Shown here: piece after piece, positions 52,909 to 63,422 of the stretch
How positions within the stretch are numbered: position 1 is the first letter of the stretch
Layout: each line of letters starts with the position of its first letter
Assembly (NCBI GenBank): GCA_012960845.1
Contig: DUAN01000157.1
Coordinates: 6,739 to 70,738 of the forward strand
Source: Planctomycetota bacterium
GTDB taxonomy: Bacteria > Planctomycetota > UBA8108 > UBA1146
Direction of reading: 5' to 3'
DNA length: 64,000 nucleotides
The notes under the pieces: generated by a model
What the model was told of the DNA's origin: nothing
Seen by the model: the letters and a program-made list of their open reading frames with translations, nothing else
Database searches by the model: none
Program-made: the position numbers and the translations under genes

Positions 52909-53886
52909 TTAGCGCTTCTGACCATCGCCGATCTCGTCATCGCCAATCTCGGTGCGCAAGATGCCAGCGAGGATGAGCATTCCTCCGAGCACGGCCCAGC
53001 CGGAGAGCACTTCTCCCACCAGCAGCCAGGAGAAGGTCGCTGCGGTGACCGGTTCGAAGGCAAAGATCACCGCGGTTCGTACCGCCGTGGTGGTGCTCTG
53101 CGCCCAGCTCTGGGCGAGGAATGCCAGTGCTGTGGCGAACAGTCCGGTCAGTAACACCGCACCCCAGACCTGACCGGAGAGCTGTCGAGGATCAGGAATT
53201 TCTTCCAGGACGACTGCTGCCATCAGCGACAGCAGGAATACCGTGAACAGTTCGACCAGGGTCAGTGACAAGGCCGAGAGTTGCGCTGCCCAGCGCGCCT
53301 TGACGATGATCTGGAAGGCGAATGCGACGGCACAAACGAGGGTCAGAAGATCACCAAAACCGACATCTGGCTCGGGCGGAGGACGATCGATGGTGGAGGA
53401 TCCTCCAAGGGTCATCAGAGCCAGTCCTAGTGCCGCCAACGAGACTCCCAGAAGCACTCTCTTCTGCAGCTTCTGGCGCAGCAGCCACCACCCCAGCAGG
53501 GGAACGAAAATCACCGCCATGCCGGTCAGGAAACCGGAGTGAGAAGGGGTGGTGTGAAGCAGGCCGGTGGTCTGAAAGGAGTAGCCCAGCCACAGGGCAA
53601 GCCCCGCGAGAAAGCCAGCCTTCCACAGCACTGCGGTGGAGCCGAGTGATTTCTTGCGGGGGCGACGCCACAGCAGTAGCGGCAGTAGTGCCAGGGTGGC
53701 GATTCCGAAGCGCAACAGATGAAAACTGTGGATCGGGATCTCGTCGATGGCGTTCTGCACCGAGACGAAGGTGGCACCCCAGATGATGACCACCGCGACC
53801 AGCGTTAGATCCGCCCTTACTGCCCTGAAACGCACTTTTACGACCTTTCCGGCCCGCGGATCCGCTTCAATGGAAGGGGTCTCCAT
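52909..53886 (-). CDS. DMT-superfamily (EamA-like) transporter
   Basis: It has two EamA-like halves with about 10 TM segments. The ATG at 53886 was chosen to avoid overlap with the divergent PPIase gene. Confidence 0.65.
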   Translation of the reverse strand: METPSIEADPRAGKVVKVRFRAVRADLTLVAVVIIWGATFVSVQNAIDEIPIHSFHLLRFGIATLALLPLLLWRRPRKKSLGSTAVLWKAGFLAGLALWLGYSFQTTGLLHTTPSHSGFLTGMAVIFVPLLGWWLLRQKLQKRVLLGVSLAALGLALMTLGGSSTIDRPPPEPDVGFGDLLTLVCAVAFAFQIIVKARWAAQLSALSLTLVELFTVFLLSLMAAVVLEEIPDPRQLSGQVWGAVLLTGLFATALAFLAQSWAQSTTTAVRTAVIFAFEPVTAATFSWLLVGEVLSGWAVLGGMLILAGILRTEIGDDEIGDGQKR

Positions 53887-54040
53887 GCTATCTTGCACGC
53901 AATCCCGAATTCCCCAAGGGAATGTTGTTGGATTCGAGTGCCCCGCTGGGTCGCAGCGATCCAAGATCGATCCCTCGGTCCAGACAAGTAAGCAGGCACC
54001 GGAAGAACCCGTGATCACGGTGCCAGTGGAGGAACAGAAG

Positions 54041-56077
54041 ATGAGTTTTGAATTTTCAGTCGGCTTGCGAAAGCAAGGTTGGTTCAAGCAGATCCGCAAT
54101 CTTCTGGGGGTTGCGCTGCTGATCTTTACATCCTCTTCCGCCGCGGAAGCCCAGGAGCAGAGACATCTTCAGCACATCCTGGTCGCTACCGAAAAGGTCG
54201 CCGATCGCCTCATCGAGGTGATCGAAGAAGGGCGTGATTTCAAGACTCTGGCGCGCAAATATTCGCTCGATGTGGGGACCAAGATCCTCGGCGGCGACCT
54301 CGGCTGGGTGCACTACGGTGCGATGGAGGCGGAATTCAGCGCCGCTGGCTTCGCCATCGAGAAACCGATGGGGCTGGGCAAGTGCAAGACTCGCTACGGG
54401 TGGCATGTGATCCAGTTCATCGAGACTCGTGGAGAGCCGATCGAAAACCCGCCCAAGCCTCAGCAACGAGATCGGTCTCAGCCAGCGGAGAACCCGGTAT
54501 CTCCGGTGCCGGTGGCCGGCGATCGAAATGAAGACCTGGAATGGACCATCGCTTTTTCCAAGAGATCGGTCTTGCCAGGAGAGGATGTTGAACTGGTGAT
54601 CGGAGTCCGCAACAAGAGTGGAAAAGCGCTGGAGGTGCTGGATCCAATGCTGTGGCCTCTGGGCTTGATCGTTCGCTATCAGTTCGGAAAATTGAATGTC
54701 CCGATGGGCCTGCCCGAGGGATTTGATCCGACAAAGATGGAGATGCGTAAGATCGGGGGCAAGGAGTATCTCGAGAGTAGCTTTCGGCTCAACGATTACG
54801 CCGATGTGTCGGTCCCATGGCCGATCGTGAGAGTGATCTGGCGCGGCGACTCGCTCTTCGGGCGGATTGAAAAACATGCTCCGGAAATCATGGGCCAGCC
54901 TGACTATGCGACCTGGAAATCTCGCTGGCGCTTTTACCGTTCCGAAGAGGCGCAGTTCAATCTGCTCCCCGAGGTGAAGCCTGAGGATCGCTGGTTCTTG
55001 TGTCTCTTCTCCAGCGGCAGGATCTGGGTCGAGGTCAAGGATGTTGGAATACCCGGTCTTCGCCAGGAGATCATCCAGCAGGTGCGAGAGGGGAATCTCA
55101 ACAATGTCCCCATTTCACTGACCCAGGGACAGTCGATCCAGTTCGGAGTCTCACCCGGCACGAGCGGTGGTGTGCCCAATTCGTTGATCGATCCGTCAAT
55201 AAAGTTCCCGATGGAACTGGGTACATTTTCGGTGATGCCCACCGGAAGCGCAAAAGGTTTGAAACTGGGTCGCAAGTTTTCGATTGGACTGGGTCGATCT
55301 CCGGCACTGGCTGCAAAGGTGATCTCCTGTGGCAAGGTGGTGCTGGAGGAGGGGGAGCCGATCTCTCGAATACAGGAGCGAATCGCCAAGGGACTCGCCG
55401 CCGAGTTGACCCTTTCCCTGGCATATCCCTTCGATCTGTTGCCAGACAAGATCAAGGGTGTATGTGACGACGCTTTTGTCGAGAAGTCTACTACCGGTTT
55501 GGTTGTACCTTCGACGACCAATCAGAAGCCTCAGTTCTCCGACAATCAGGGGAAGACTCCGCCACGTCCTGCTGGAGCTCCGCTGCCAAGGGTCCTTTTC
55601 GACACCACTGCCGGTCCATTGCTGGTGGAACTGTTCGAGGACGATTCCCCCAACACGGTGGCAAACTTCATCTCGCTGGTTGGAAATGGCTATTACGATG
55701 GTCTCAAATTCCACCGAAAGGTGAGCACCAACAAGAGTCGTGGGTTCATCCAGGGTGGGAGTCCTGACGGGACCAGTGCTGGAGGCCCGGAGTACTGCAT
55801 CGCGGATGAGATCAACAAGAAGCACAAGGCGATCCGCGGATCTCTCATCATGGCGCGCAAGCACACTGAACCCGATACGGCGGGATCACAGTTCATCATC
55901 GGTCTCGATAATCTGGCCTATCTCGATGGAACTTACACCGTTTTCGGCCGCGTGGTCGAGGGGGGCGAGGTTCTCGATCGACTGCTAGAAGGCACCGTCA
56001 TTCGACGGGCAATCGTCAAGCGCACGCGAGACCATGAGTACACACCCGCAAAGATCCTCACGGTCGGTGAGAAGTAA
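54041..56077 (+). CDS. secreted bifunctional peptidyl-prolyl isomerase: N-terminal parvulin (PpiC) domain + C-terminal cyclophilin domain
   Basis: A GGAGGAA RBS and a signal peptide are present. The parvulin domain reads HILVATEKVADRL...GGDLGWV...GWHVIQFI. The cyclophilin domain reads VANFISLVGNGYYDGLKFHRKV...FIQGG...GSQFIIG. Confidence 0.7.
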   Translation: MSFEFSVGLRKQGWFKQIRNLLGVALLIFTSSSAAEAQEQRHLQHILVATEKVADRLIEVIEEGRDFKTLARKYSLDVGTKILGGDLGWVHYGAMEAEFSAAGFAIEKPMGLGKCKTRYGWHVIQFIETRGEPIENPPKPQQRDRSQPAENPVSPVPVAGDRNEDLEWTIAFSKRSVLPGEDVELVIGVRNKSGKALEVLDPMLWPLGLIVRYQFGKLNVPMGLPEGFDPTKMEMRKIGGKEYLESSFRLNDYADVSVPWPIVRVIWRGDSLFGRIEKHAPEIMGQPDYATWKSRWRFYRSEEAQFNLLPEVKPEDRWFLCLFSSGRIWVEVKDVGIPGLRQEIIQQVREGNLNNVPISLTQGQSIQFGVSPGTSGGVPNSLIDPSIKFPMELGTFSVMPTGSAKGLKLGRKFSIGLGRSPALAAKVISCGKVVLEEGEPISRIQERIAKGLAAELTLSLAYPFDLLPDKIKGVCDDAFVEKSTTGLVVPSTTNQKPQFSDNQGKTPPRPAGAPLPRVLFDTTAGPLLVELFEDDSPNTVANFISLVGNGYYDGLKFHRKVSTNKSRGFIQGGSPDGTSAGGPEYCIADEINKKHKAIRGSLIMARKHTEPDTAGSQFIIGLDNLAYLDGTYTVFGRVVEGGEVLDRLLEGTVIRRAIVKRTRDHEYTPAKILTVGEK

Positions 56078-56082
56078 CGGGG

Positions 56083-56883
56083 TTGTGGATGGAAGAGCTG
56101 GCTCTTAAAAACCTACAGATCGACAATCCTGCCGAGGGCGTGCTGAAGGTCACGGTCGATCGGCCGGAGCAATTGAATGCCCTCGATGACGAGACCGTTG
56201 CGGAGATTCATCGCACCTTCGAAGCGATCTCTCGCGATTCTTCGATCCGCGTGGTGATCATCACTGGTGCTGGCCACAAGGCTTTCGTTGCGGGAGCAGA
56301 CATCCAGCAACTGGCCCGGCAGGATCATGATCAGGCGTTGAAACGAGCACTTGCCGGACAGGCTGCGTTCGATGCGTTGGAACGCTGTGGCAAGGTGGTG
56401 ATCGCACAGGTCAACGGATTTGCTCTCGGTGGCGGCTGCGAACTGGCTCTCGCATGTCACCTTCGATACGCCTCCAGTCGAGCCAAGTTGGGTCTGCCAG
56501 AAGTGACGCTGGGGATCATCCCTGGATACGGTGGAACCCAGCGATTGCAGCGAATCGTCGGTCGTGGAAGAGCTCTCCAGATGATCCTCACCGGGGAATT
56601 CGTCACCGCAGAGACTGCATTCGCGATGGGGCTCATCAATGGAGTAGAGCCACCAGAACATCTGGAAGAGAAGGTGATGGAAATCGCCGCCACCCTTTGC
56701 AAGCGTGGTCCGGTCGCCTTGAAACTCGCCATCGATGCAGTACTTCGTGGAGGTGATGAATCGCAGCAACAAGGAATGAACATAGAAGCCGAACTTTTTG
56801 CTCGGATCAGTGAAACTGAAGATATGCGAGAAGGGATGAGTGCCTTTCTCGAGAAAAGACCCCCGGAGTTTCGGGGCCAGTAG
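56083..56883 (+). CDS. enoyl-CoA hydratase (crotonase family)
   Basis: It has VVIITGAGHKAFVAGADI and the oxyanion hole/catalytic region GFALGGGCELALACH. Confidence 0.85.
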   Translation: MWMEELALKNLQIDNPAEGVLKVTVDRPEQLNALDDETVAEIHRTFEAISRDSSIRVVIITGAGHKAFVAGADIQQLARQDHDQALKRALAGQAAFDALERCGKVVIAQVNGFALGGGCELALACHLRYASSRAKLGLPEVTLGIIPGYGGTQRLQRIVGRGRALQMILTGEFVTAETAFAMGLINGVEPPEHLEEKVMEIAATLCKRGPVALKLAIDAVLRGGDESQQQGMNIEAELFARISETEDMREGMSAFLEKRPPEFRGQ

Positions 56884-56938
56884 CCGGCGCTCACGATCGA
56901 TTCGATCGAAGTGCCCGATTCCAGACAGGGAAGAGACC

Positions 56939-58132
56939 ATGAACAAGAAGATACAGATTCTCGGTGGAGCCAGGACCGCCATGGCCGAATATGTCGGCAC
57001 TCCTGGCTTCGGGTTATTCAAGGACATCAGCGCCATCGAACTGGGAGCCCTGGCCACCCGAGAAGCATTGCGGAGATCGGAAGTGGATCCCGCTGCGGTC
57101 GATCACGTGGTGATGGGGAACGTGATGCAGACCAGTGCGGATGCACTTTACGGTGCCAGGCATGTGGCATTGCGTGCAGATCTTCCGGTCGAGACACCCG
57201 CTCTGACCGTCAATCGCCTGTGCGGTTCCGGTCTGCAGGCAGTGGTGACCGGTGGTCAACAGATCTTGCTCGACGAGGCCCAGGTGGTGGTCTCTGGTGG
57301 CATGGAGAACATGTCTCAGTGTCCCCATGTGATCCGAGGGGCCCGTGAGGGGTTCCACCTCGGTGGAGGGAAACTGGAAGATCTTCTGATGGCGTCCCTG
57401 ATGGATCCGTACTGCGGGCTCTTCATGGCTCAGACCGCAGAGAAGTTGGCCGTGCAGTACGAGATTTCTCGTGAAGAGCAGGACGAGTTTGCCATCGTCT
57501 CCATCCAGCGTGCCATGGCAGCTCAGGAAAATGGACTTTTCGCCGACGAGATGTTTTCAGTCGAGGTCAAACGTCGAAAGGACTCGATCCAGGTCGACAC
57601 CGATGATCATATCAAGCCGGGGACCACTCACGAAAAACTGGCACGGCTGAGACCCGCCTTCGGCAAGGATGGAACGGTTACCGCAGGAAATGCCAGCGGC
57701 ATCGTCGATGGTGCCGCTGCGGTGGTGTTGGCGGCAGAAGGTGCCAGTGCGGCTGCGGGCCGCTCGGTGCTGGGAACCGTCAAGGGATGGCACACCGTTG
57801 GTGTGGATCCTTCGGTCATGGGGATCGGTCCTGCTCCAGCGATCAACGGACTGCTCGAGGCGCAGGGATTGTCGCTCGCAGACATCGCACTGTTCGAGAT
57901 CAACGAAGCCTTCGCGGCGCAGTACATCGCTGTCGAGAAGGAACTGGGACTGGATCGAGACAAGGTCAATGTCAACGGTGGAGCCATCGCTCTGGGGCAT
58001 CCGCTGGCGATGACCGGAACCCGATTGATCCTCACGATCTGTCACGAGTTGCGCCGTCGTGGCGGCGGACTTGGCGTGGCGAGCGCCTGTATCGGAGGAG
58101 GCCAGGGCATCGCTGTCCTGGTTGAGGTTTAG
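56939..58132 (+). CDS. acetyl-CoA C-acyltransferase (thiolase)
   Basis: It has NRLCGSGLQA for the catalytic Cys and a C-terminal GGGQG motif. Confidence 0.85.
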   Translation: MNKKIQILGGARTAMAEYVGTPGFGLFKDISAIELGALATREALRRSEVDPAAVDHVVMGNVMQTSADALYGARHVALRADLPVETPALTVNRLCGSGLQAVVTGGQQILLDEAQVVVSGGMENMSQCPHVIRGAREGFHLGGGKLEDLLMASLMDPYCGLFMAQTAEKLAVQYEISREEQDEFAIVSIQRAMAAQENGLFADEMFSVEVKRRKDSIQVDTDDHIKPGTTHEKLARLRPAFGKDGTVTAGNASGIVDGAAAVVLAAEGASAAAGRSVLGTVKGWHTVGVDPSVMGIGPAPAINGLLEAQGLSLADIALFEINEAFAAQYIAVEKELGLDRDKVNVNGGAIALGHPLAMTGTRLILTICHELRRRGGGLGVASACIGGGQGIAVLVEV

Positions 58133-58171
58133 AATCAACACAACAGAAACAGGATTCAAGGGAGAGAGAAC

Positions 58172-59236
58172 GTGACGAAGAAGTACAAAGTTGCAGTATT
58201 CGGTGGAGATGGTATCGGGCCCGAGGTGACACGCGAAGCCTTCAAGGTTCTCGATGTGGTCAGCGAGATGGGCGGATTCGAGATTGATCGAACCGACTAT
58301 CCCCACGGAAGTGAGCATTACCTGGCGACTGGAGAATTACTGCCCGATGAAATCCTTGATCAGGTGCGGGGCATGGACGCTGCGTATCTGGGAGCCATCG
58401 GAGATCCTCGAGTCGAGGTGGGATTGGTCGAGCGAGCCATCATCGCAGGGCTTCGATTCAATCTCGATCTCTTCGTCAACCTGCGACCGATCCGGTTGCT
58501 CTCCGAGAAGTTCTGCCCACTCAAGGGCAAGGGGCCCGACGACATCGATTTTGTCGTGGTCCGGGAGAATACCGAGGATGCCTATGCGGGCATCGGAGGT
58601 ATTCTCAAGAAGGGTACCGCTCAAGAAGTGGCCATGCAGCAGATGGTATACACAAGACATGGTGTGGAGCGCGTGATCCGATTTGCATTTGAACTGGCAA
58701 GGAAGCGAAACCGGCAGAAGAAATTGATGCTGGTCGACAAGGCCAATGCCATCCGGGCTCAGGATATCTGGACCCGTACCTTTGCCGAAGTGGGGGAGGA
58801 ATTCCCTGACATCGAACAGGATCATGCCTACGTTGATGCTGCTTGCATGTGGATGATCAAGAATCCGGAATCTTTCGATACCGTCGTCACGACAAATCTG
58901 TTTGGTGACATCATCACTGACCTGGGAGCCGTTCTGCAGGGAGGCATGGGAGTCGCTGCCAGCGGAAACATCCATCCAGGACAGGTTTCGATGTTCGAGT
59001 CGATCCACGGATCGGCACCGAAGTACAAGGGCAAGAATGTCTCCTGTCCCATCGCCGCAATCGCTGCAGTTCAGATGATGCTCGACCATCTCGGAGAAGC
59101 GGGTGCGTCCGCTCGAGTCGAGGGAGCGGTGGAGAGTGTCTTACAGGGTAAAGATGTGACATCGGTGAGTGCTTCCAGTGGCATATCTACCGATGAATGG
59201 GGTGACCGTGTGATCGAGAAGATCCGAACACTCTGA
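58172..59236 (+). CDS. isopropylmalate/isocitrate/tartrate dehydrogenase family protein
   Basis: The GTG start has an AAGGGAGAG RBS. It has VAVFGGDGIGPEV and NLFGDIITD...G.. motifs. Confidence 0.75.
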   Translation: MTKKYKVAVFGGDGIGPEVTREAFKVLDVVSEMGGFEIDRTDYPHGSEHYLATGELLPDEILDQVRGMDAAYLGAIGDPRVEVGLVERAIIAGLRFNLDLFVNLRPIRLLSEKFCPLKGKGPDDIDFVVVRENTEDAYAGIGGILKKGTAQEVAMQQMVYTRHGVERVIRFAFELARKRNRQKKLMLVDKANAIRAQDIWTRTFAEVGEEFPDIEQDHAYVDAACMWMIKNPESFDTVVTTNLFGDIITDLGAVLQGGMGVAASGNIHPGQVSMFESIHGSAPKYKGKNVSCPIAAIAAVQMMLDHLGEAGASARVEGAVESVLQGKDVTSVSASSGISTDEWGDRVIEKIRTL

Positions 59237-59248
59237 TCGGATTCCATC

Positions 59249-60226
59249 ATGAGTGAATCGGCCATTTTCGATCAGTGCGCGCGGCTCGATGAAGATCATC
59301 ATCTCGAAGTGGTGACGGTTTCGGGTTCGGACTCGGAGCCGTTTCTGCAACGACTCATCTCCTGCGACCTGAATAAGGTCACCGATGAGATCGGTTGCCG
59401 GGGCACCTTGCTTGGTGGTAAGGGACGGATCCTGGCGTTCTTCGATGTCTATCGCTGGGACGAGCGATTCCACCTGATCGTCGATAGCGCCCTGTCAGGG
59501 GTGCTTCGTGCCCGTCTCGACCGGCTGGTGATCCTCGAAGATGTGTTGATCGAGTCTGGCGAGCTTGCGGTGATTTCCCTTCAAGGCCCCACTTCTGGTG
59601 CCGTGATCGAGCAACTGGACGGTGATTTGCCCGAGGCTTTTCTTCACTGCAGACCATGGAGAGATGGGTGGATTGCATCTCGTCGTCGCTCGCAGGTGGC
59701 TGGATTCGAGCTGGTGATCCCAACGCAGCAACTGGCCCCGGTGGAACAGCAACTGGAACTTCTGGGAGTCAGCCGTTGTAGCGCCGAAGATGCGGAACGA
59801 GCGCGGATCGAAGGAGGTTTTCCTCGCTTCGGCCAGGAGATCACCGATCGCTCCTTGCCCCCCGAAGTTGGACTGGAAGATTCCATCTCCTACGACAAGG
59901 GATGTTACTCGGGGCAAGAAGTGCTGGCACGAATCCGTACTTATGGCGCTGTTAATCGTCAGTTGCGGAGCATCCATCTGGAACTGCCCGAGGGGATCGA
60001 TTCGGCAAGTGTGGCGCCAGGGGATCCACTCGAGCGTGTCGATGATGAGGGGAAGTCCCCGGGAATCATCACATCGGTAGCGCGGTGTCCTGATGGATTT
60101 GCGCTACTGGCTTCGGTCAAGAAGACTCACATCGAAGTCGGGACGTCACTACGGTGGCAGGGCACTTCCGGAGCTGGATCTTCACTGACGATGATCGGTA
60201 ATGTGCAACTCCCGTTTCACCCCTGA
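59249..60226 (+). CDS. ygfZ: folate-binding protein YgfZ (GcvT-like, Fe-S cluster maintenance)
   Basis: It has the KGCYSGQE signature motif and a GcvT-like fold. Confidence 0.7.
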   Translation: MSESAIFDQCARLDEDHHLEVVTVSGSDSEPFLQRLISCDLNKVTDEIGCRGTLLGGKGRILAFFDVYRWDERFHLIVDSALSGVLRARLDRLVILEDVLIESGELAVISLQGPTSGAVIEQLDGDLPEAFLHCRPWRDGWIASRRRSQVAGFELVIPTQQLAPVEQQLELLGVSRCSAEDAERARIEGGFPRFGQEITDRSLPPEVGLEDSISYDKGCYSGQEVLARIRTYGAVNRQLRSIHLELPEGIDSASVAPGDPLERVDDEGKSPGIITSVARCPDGFALLASVKKTHIEVGTSLRWQGTSGAGSSLTMIGNVQLPFHP

Positions 60227-60229
60227 TCT

Positions 60230-61555
60230 TTACCCCTGATCCGCATGTGGGGCGCACTCGGAGACCAGCGAGAGCAGTTCCTTGTCGGAGAGGATCCGGT
60301 CTGATTTCTTCGCATGGCCAAAGATCTTGCCAACAAGATCTTCAGTCGGTTCGATGCCACGCTGTTCAAGCCAGAAGATCACATTCGACTTTCCACTCAT
60401 CGGTCCGACGCTGATCTTTTGAGACAGCCCGAATTCATCGGCGGGAACCCCCGAGTAGACGCGATTTGCCAGCCACCGATCACCCTTTCGAAACGCCTTG
60501 ATCACCGCAGCAGCATGAACTCCGGTTGCGGTCTCGAAGGCGTCTGTCCCGAAGATGGGATAGTTTCTCGGAATCGGTACATGGCACGATTCACTGACCT
60601 TCTGGACATATTCGGGGAGCAGGGTCAGGTCGTTGTCGATGTAGCCCAACAGTTTCAGATTGGCCAGCAGTAAGTCCATCGATGTGTTGCCACAGCGTTC
60701 ACCGATCCCAAGGGCTGCGCCGTGAATCCGGTGTACACCCGCTTCCACAGCGGCGATGGAGTTTGCGATGTCGAGATCTCGATCTCGATGGCCGTGCCAG
60801 TCGATCTTGATCCCCTCGACACCGGTATCCTTGATCACCTCCTGGATGAAAGTGATCAGGGAACGGACGCCACTTGGCGTGGCGTGCCCAACGGTATCGC
60901 AGACGCAGGCGCGAGTCGCACCATGCTCGATGGCAGTGCTGTAGAGGGCGCGTAGTGTTTCAGGGGCAGCGCGAGTGGTGTCCTCGGTGACATACATCTG
61001 AGGGAGACCTTCACGACTGCAGAGTTTGGATGCGTTGGTGGTATGTTCGAGCATCTTCTCAAGAGTCCAGTCCTCGGTGTATTGACGGATGGGACTCGAC
61101 CCGATGAAGGTACAGCATTCGATGGGAATCCCGACCTTCTGACTGATCCGTGCGACAGCATCGATGTCTTTTTTATGTGTCCTGGCGGCGCAGTTGGGAG
61201 TGATCGATAGATTTTCGTCGACGATCAATTGACAGAGGCGTGTGACATCCTCGATCGCCCGTGGCCCCGCTCCGGGAAGTCCGACATTGGCGGTGTGGAT
61301 TCCCAGACGATCCATCAGACGGAGAATCTCGAATTTTTGCTCGATGGGAGGATCGACCACCGATGGCGATTGGAGTCCATCTCTGAGCGTCTCGTCGTCA
61401 AACTCGACCGGCTCTGTGCGGGTTTGCGACTTCTCCACGACATTCCAGTCGTGGATCAGATCCCTGGCTCGATCGTCTCCTTTGTCCGAGGATTCATCTT
61501 CAAACTGATTCATCGAAGCCTTCCGTGATGGGGTTCTCCCGAGGGGAGCAGTCAA
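60230..61555 (-). CDS. HMGL-like (DRE-TIM) family synthase, 2-isopropylmalate/homocitrate/citramalate synthase-like
   Basis: It has LRDGLQS, DTVGHATP and HGHRDRDLDIANSIAAVEAGV motifs. The N-terminal start is uncertain, and it is convergent with ygfZ with a 3-nt gap. Confidence 0.65.
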   Translation of the reverse strand: MTAPLGRTPSRKASMNQFEDESSDKGDDRARDLIHDWNVVEKSQTRTEPVEFDDETLRDGLQSPSVVDPPIEQKFEILRLMDRLGIHTANVGLPGAGPRAIEDVTRLCQLIVDENLSITPNCAARTHKKDIDAVARISQKVGIPIECCTFIGSSPIRQYTEDWTLEKMLEHTTNASKLCSREGLPQMYVTEDTTRAAPETLRALYSTAIEHGATRACVCDTVGHATPSGVRSLITFIQEVIKDTGVEGIKIDWHGHRDRDLDIANSIAAVEAGVHRIHGAALGIGERCGNTSMDLLLANLKLLGYIDNDLTLLPEYVQKVSESCHVPIPRNYPIFGTDAFETATGVHAAAVIKAFRKGDRWLANRVYSGVPADEFGLSQKISVGPMSGKSNVIFWLEQRGIEPTEDLVGKIFGHAKKSDRILSDKELLSLVSECAPHADQG

Positions 61556-61638
61556 TCACCCCTGATGATAGGAGTGGAGCGGGCCTGGTCAAGTTCTGCA
61601 CGATCTTCAATAATCGGAACTCTGGCCCTTGAAGCGGC

Positions 61639-63285
61639 TCAGAGGCCCAGATACTTGGGTCCTCCGGCATCCGAGGGAACTGTCCAGGTGATCACCTGGT
61701 ATGGATCCAGAATATCACAAGTCTTGCAATGGACGCAGTTGGAGTGATTGATCTGCAATTTCTCCTGTCCCTTGTCATCGTCGACGATCTCGTAGACGTT
61801 TGCCGGACAGAAGTGCTGACAGGGATTTCCGTACTCCTCCTTGCAGCGTGAGATGCAAAGATCGGTGTCTGCCACCTTGAGGTGACTGGGTTGATGCTCG
61901 GAGTGAACCGATCCCGAGTGGTACACCTGGGTCACCTTGTCGATCAGTTTTTTTCCATCATATTCAAGTGGCTCTGGCCTCGGCTCGGCATGCTGGATCT
62001 TCAGCATCTCGTCGTGATCCGCCTTCAGCGGGATGAACTCCTTGCCGATTCCGCCGAGTACATACTTGATACCCGCGCGGATCGCACCGCTCCAAAAACC
62101 CCGGCCCTGAAATTCAGCGCGATAGTTGCGGACCCGCCACAGCTCCTGCTTGAGCCATGAGTTGTTGAATCGCTCGTCATAGGAGCAAAGAGATTCCGCA
62201 CTGAAGTCGTCCTTGCGAATCGCTTCGAGAAGTGTTTCTGCAGCGAGAAGCCCCGTCTTCATCGAGGTGTGCACTCCCTTGAGCCGACTCACGTTGAGAT
62301 TGGATCCGGCATCGCCGATGATGAGAAATCCGTCTCCCCATGGCCGTGGACGCGACCAGTAGCCTCCTTCTGGAAGGCACTTCGCGCCCGCTTTGAGGAT
62401 CTCTCCGCCTTCGAGAATCTTGCCAATGAAGGGGTGTTGCTTCCAGCGCTGGAAATTTTCCCACGGATCGGTCCATGGTTGTTGAGCATCCAGAGCGGTG
62501 ACAAATCCGATCGATACTCGATCTGCGGAGAGACCGTAGATCCATGAACCGCCATACTGGGTCGAGGAGAGGGGCCAACCGGATGTGTGCAACACCTTGC
62601 CGGCGGGGAAGCGTCCCTCGGGTAACTTCCACAGTTCCTTGCCGCCGGTCCCGTAGATCTGAGGATTTCGTCCCTGCAACTTCTGCTCGTCGATCAACTG
62701 TCGTGTGAGGGATCCCCGGACTCCTTCGCCGAGCACGGTGCATTTTGCACGGATCTCTGCGCCGGGTTCAAATCCTGGCCCAGGATTCCCACTGGCATCC
62801 AAACCCTTGTCCATCGTTTGGACCCCAGCGATGTGACCCTTGGCATCATGGAGGAATTGATGGCCGGGGAATCCTTCGAAGACCATCACCTCTGCTTCTT
62901 CACAACGGTCCTTCAGCCAGGTCACCATCTCCGAGAGACTGATGACGGGAAATCCGTGATTTTTTAGCATCGGTGGCACCGGAATGCGCAGTGCGCCAGT
63001 GGCGGAGAGGTGACGTACTTCTTCCTGGTCGACCCAGGCTTCGACGGGAAGCCCACAGTCTCGCCAGTCCTCACCGAGCAGTTCCACCAGCGGGCGAGGA
63101 TCGACCACTGCCCCGGAGAGGATGTGGGACCCGACCGTCTGGGCCTTTTCAATCACCGCAATCTCCACATCGTCGCGACCCATGGCAGCCAGTTGCTTCT
63201 TCAGATGGAGAGCCGATGTCAGGCATGCAGGGCCTGCTCCGACGAACAGGATGTCTACCGGCAACTCTTCTCGCTCGATGGGCAT
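61639..63285 (-). CDS. electron-transfer flavoprotein:ubiquinone oxidoreductase
   Basis: It has ILFVGAGPACLTSA as an FAD Rossmann motif and a C-terminal 4Fe-4S cluster (CVHCKTCDI). Confidence 0.9.
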   Translation of the reverse strand: MPIEREELPVDILFVGAGPACLTSALHLKKQLAAMGRDDVEIAVIEKAQTVGSHILSGAVVDPRPLVELLGEDWRDCGLPVEAWVDQEEVRHLSATGALRIPVPPMLKNHGFPVISLSEMVTWLKDRCEEAEVMVFEGFPGHQFLHDAKGHIAGVQTMDKGLDASGNPGPGFEPGAEIRAKCTVLGEGVRGSLTRQLIDEQKLQGRNPQIYGTGGKELWKLPEGRFPAGKVLHTSGWPLSSTQYGGSWIYGLSADRVSIGFVTALDAQQPWTDPWENFQRWKQHPFIGKILEGGEILKAGAKCLPEGGYWSRPRPWGDGFLIIGDAGSNLNVSRLKGVHTSMKTGLLAAETLLEAIRKDDFSAESLCSYDERFNNSWLKQELWRVRNYRAEFQGRGFWSGAIRAGIKYVLGGIGKEFIPLKADHDEMLKIQHAEPRPEPLEYDGKKLIDKVTQVYHSGSVHSEHQPSHLKVADTDLCISRCKEEYGNPCQHFCPANVYEIVDDDKGQEKLQINHSNCVHCKTCDILDPYQVITWTVPSDAGGPKYLGL

Positions 63286-63422
63286 GATCGCTCCGATCCG
63301 GGGTTTGCGGCATCTTATCCAGCCCGGCCAGGGATTCCACCTGACCGAGTGTTCCTTGCAGTGAACAGCGGGTCGTCGTAGTTTCCTGCGGATGAGACTG
63401 ATCAGCCGGAAGGGGGTCCGAG

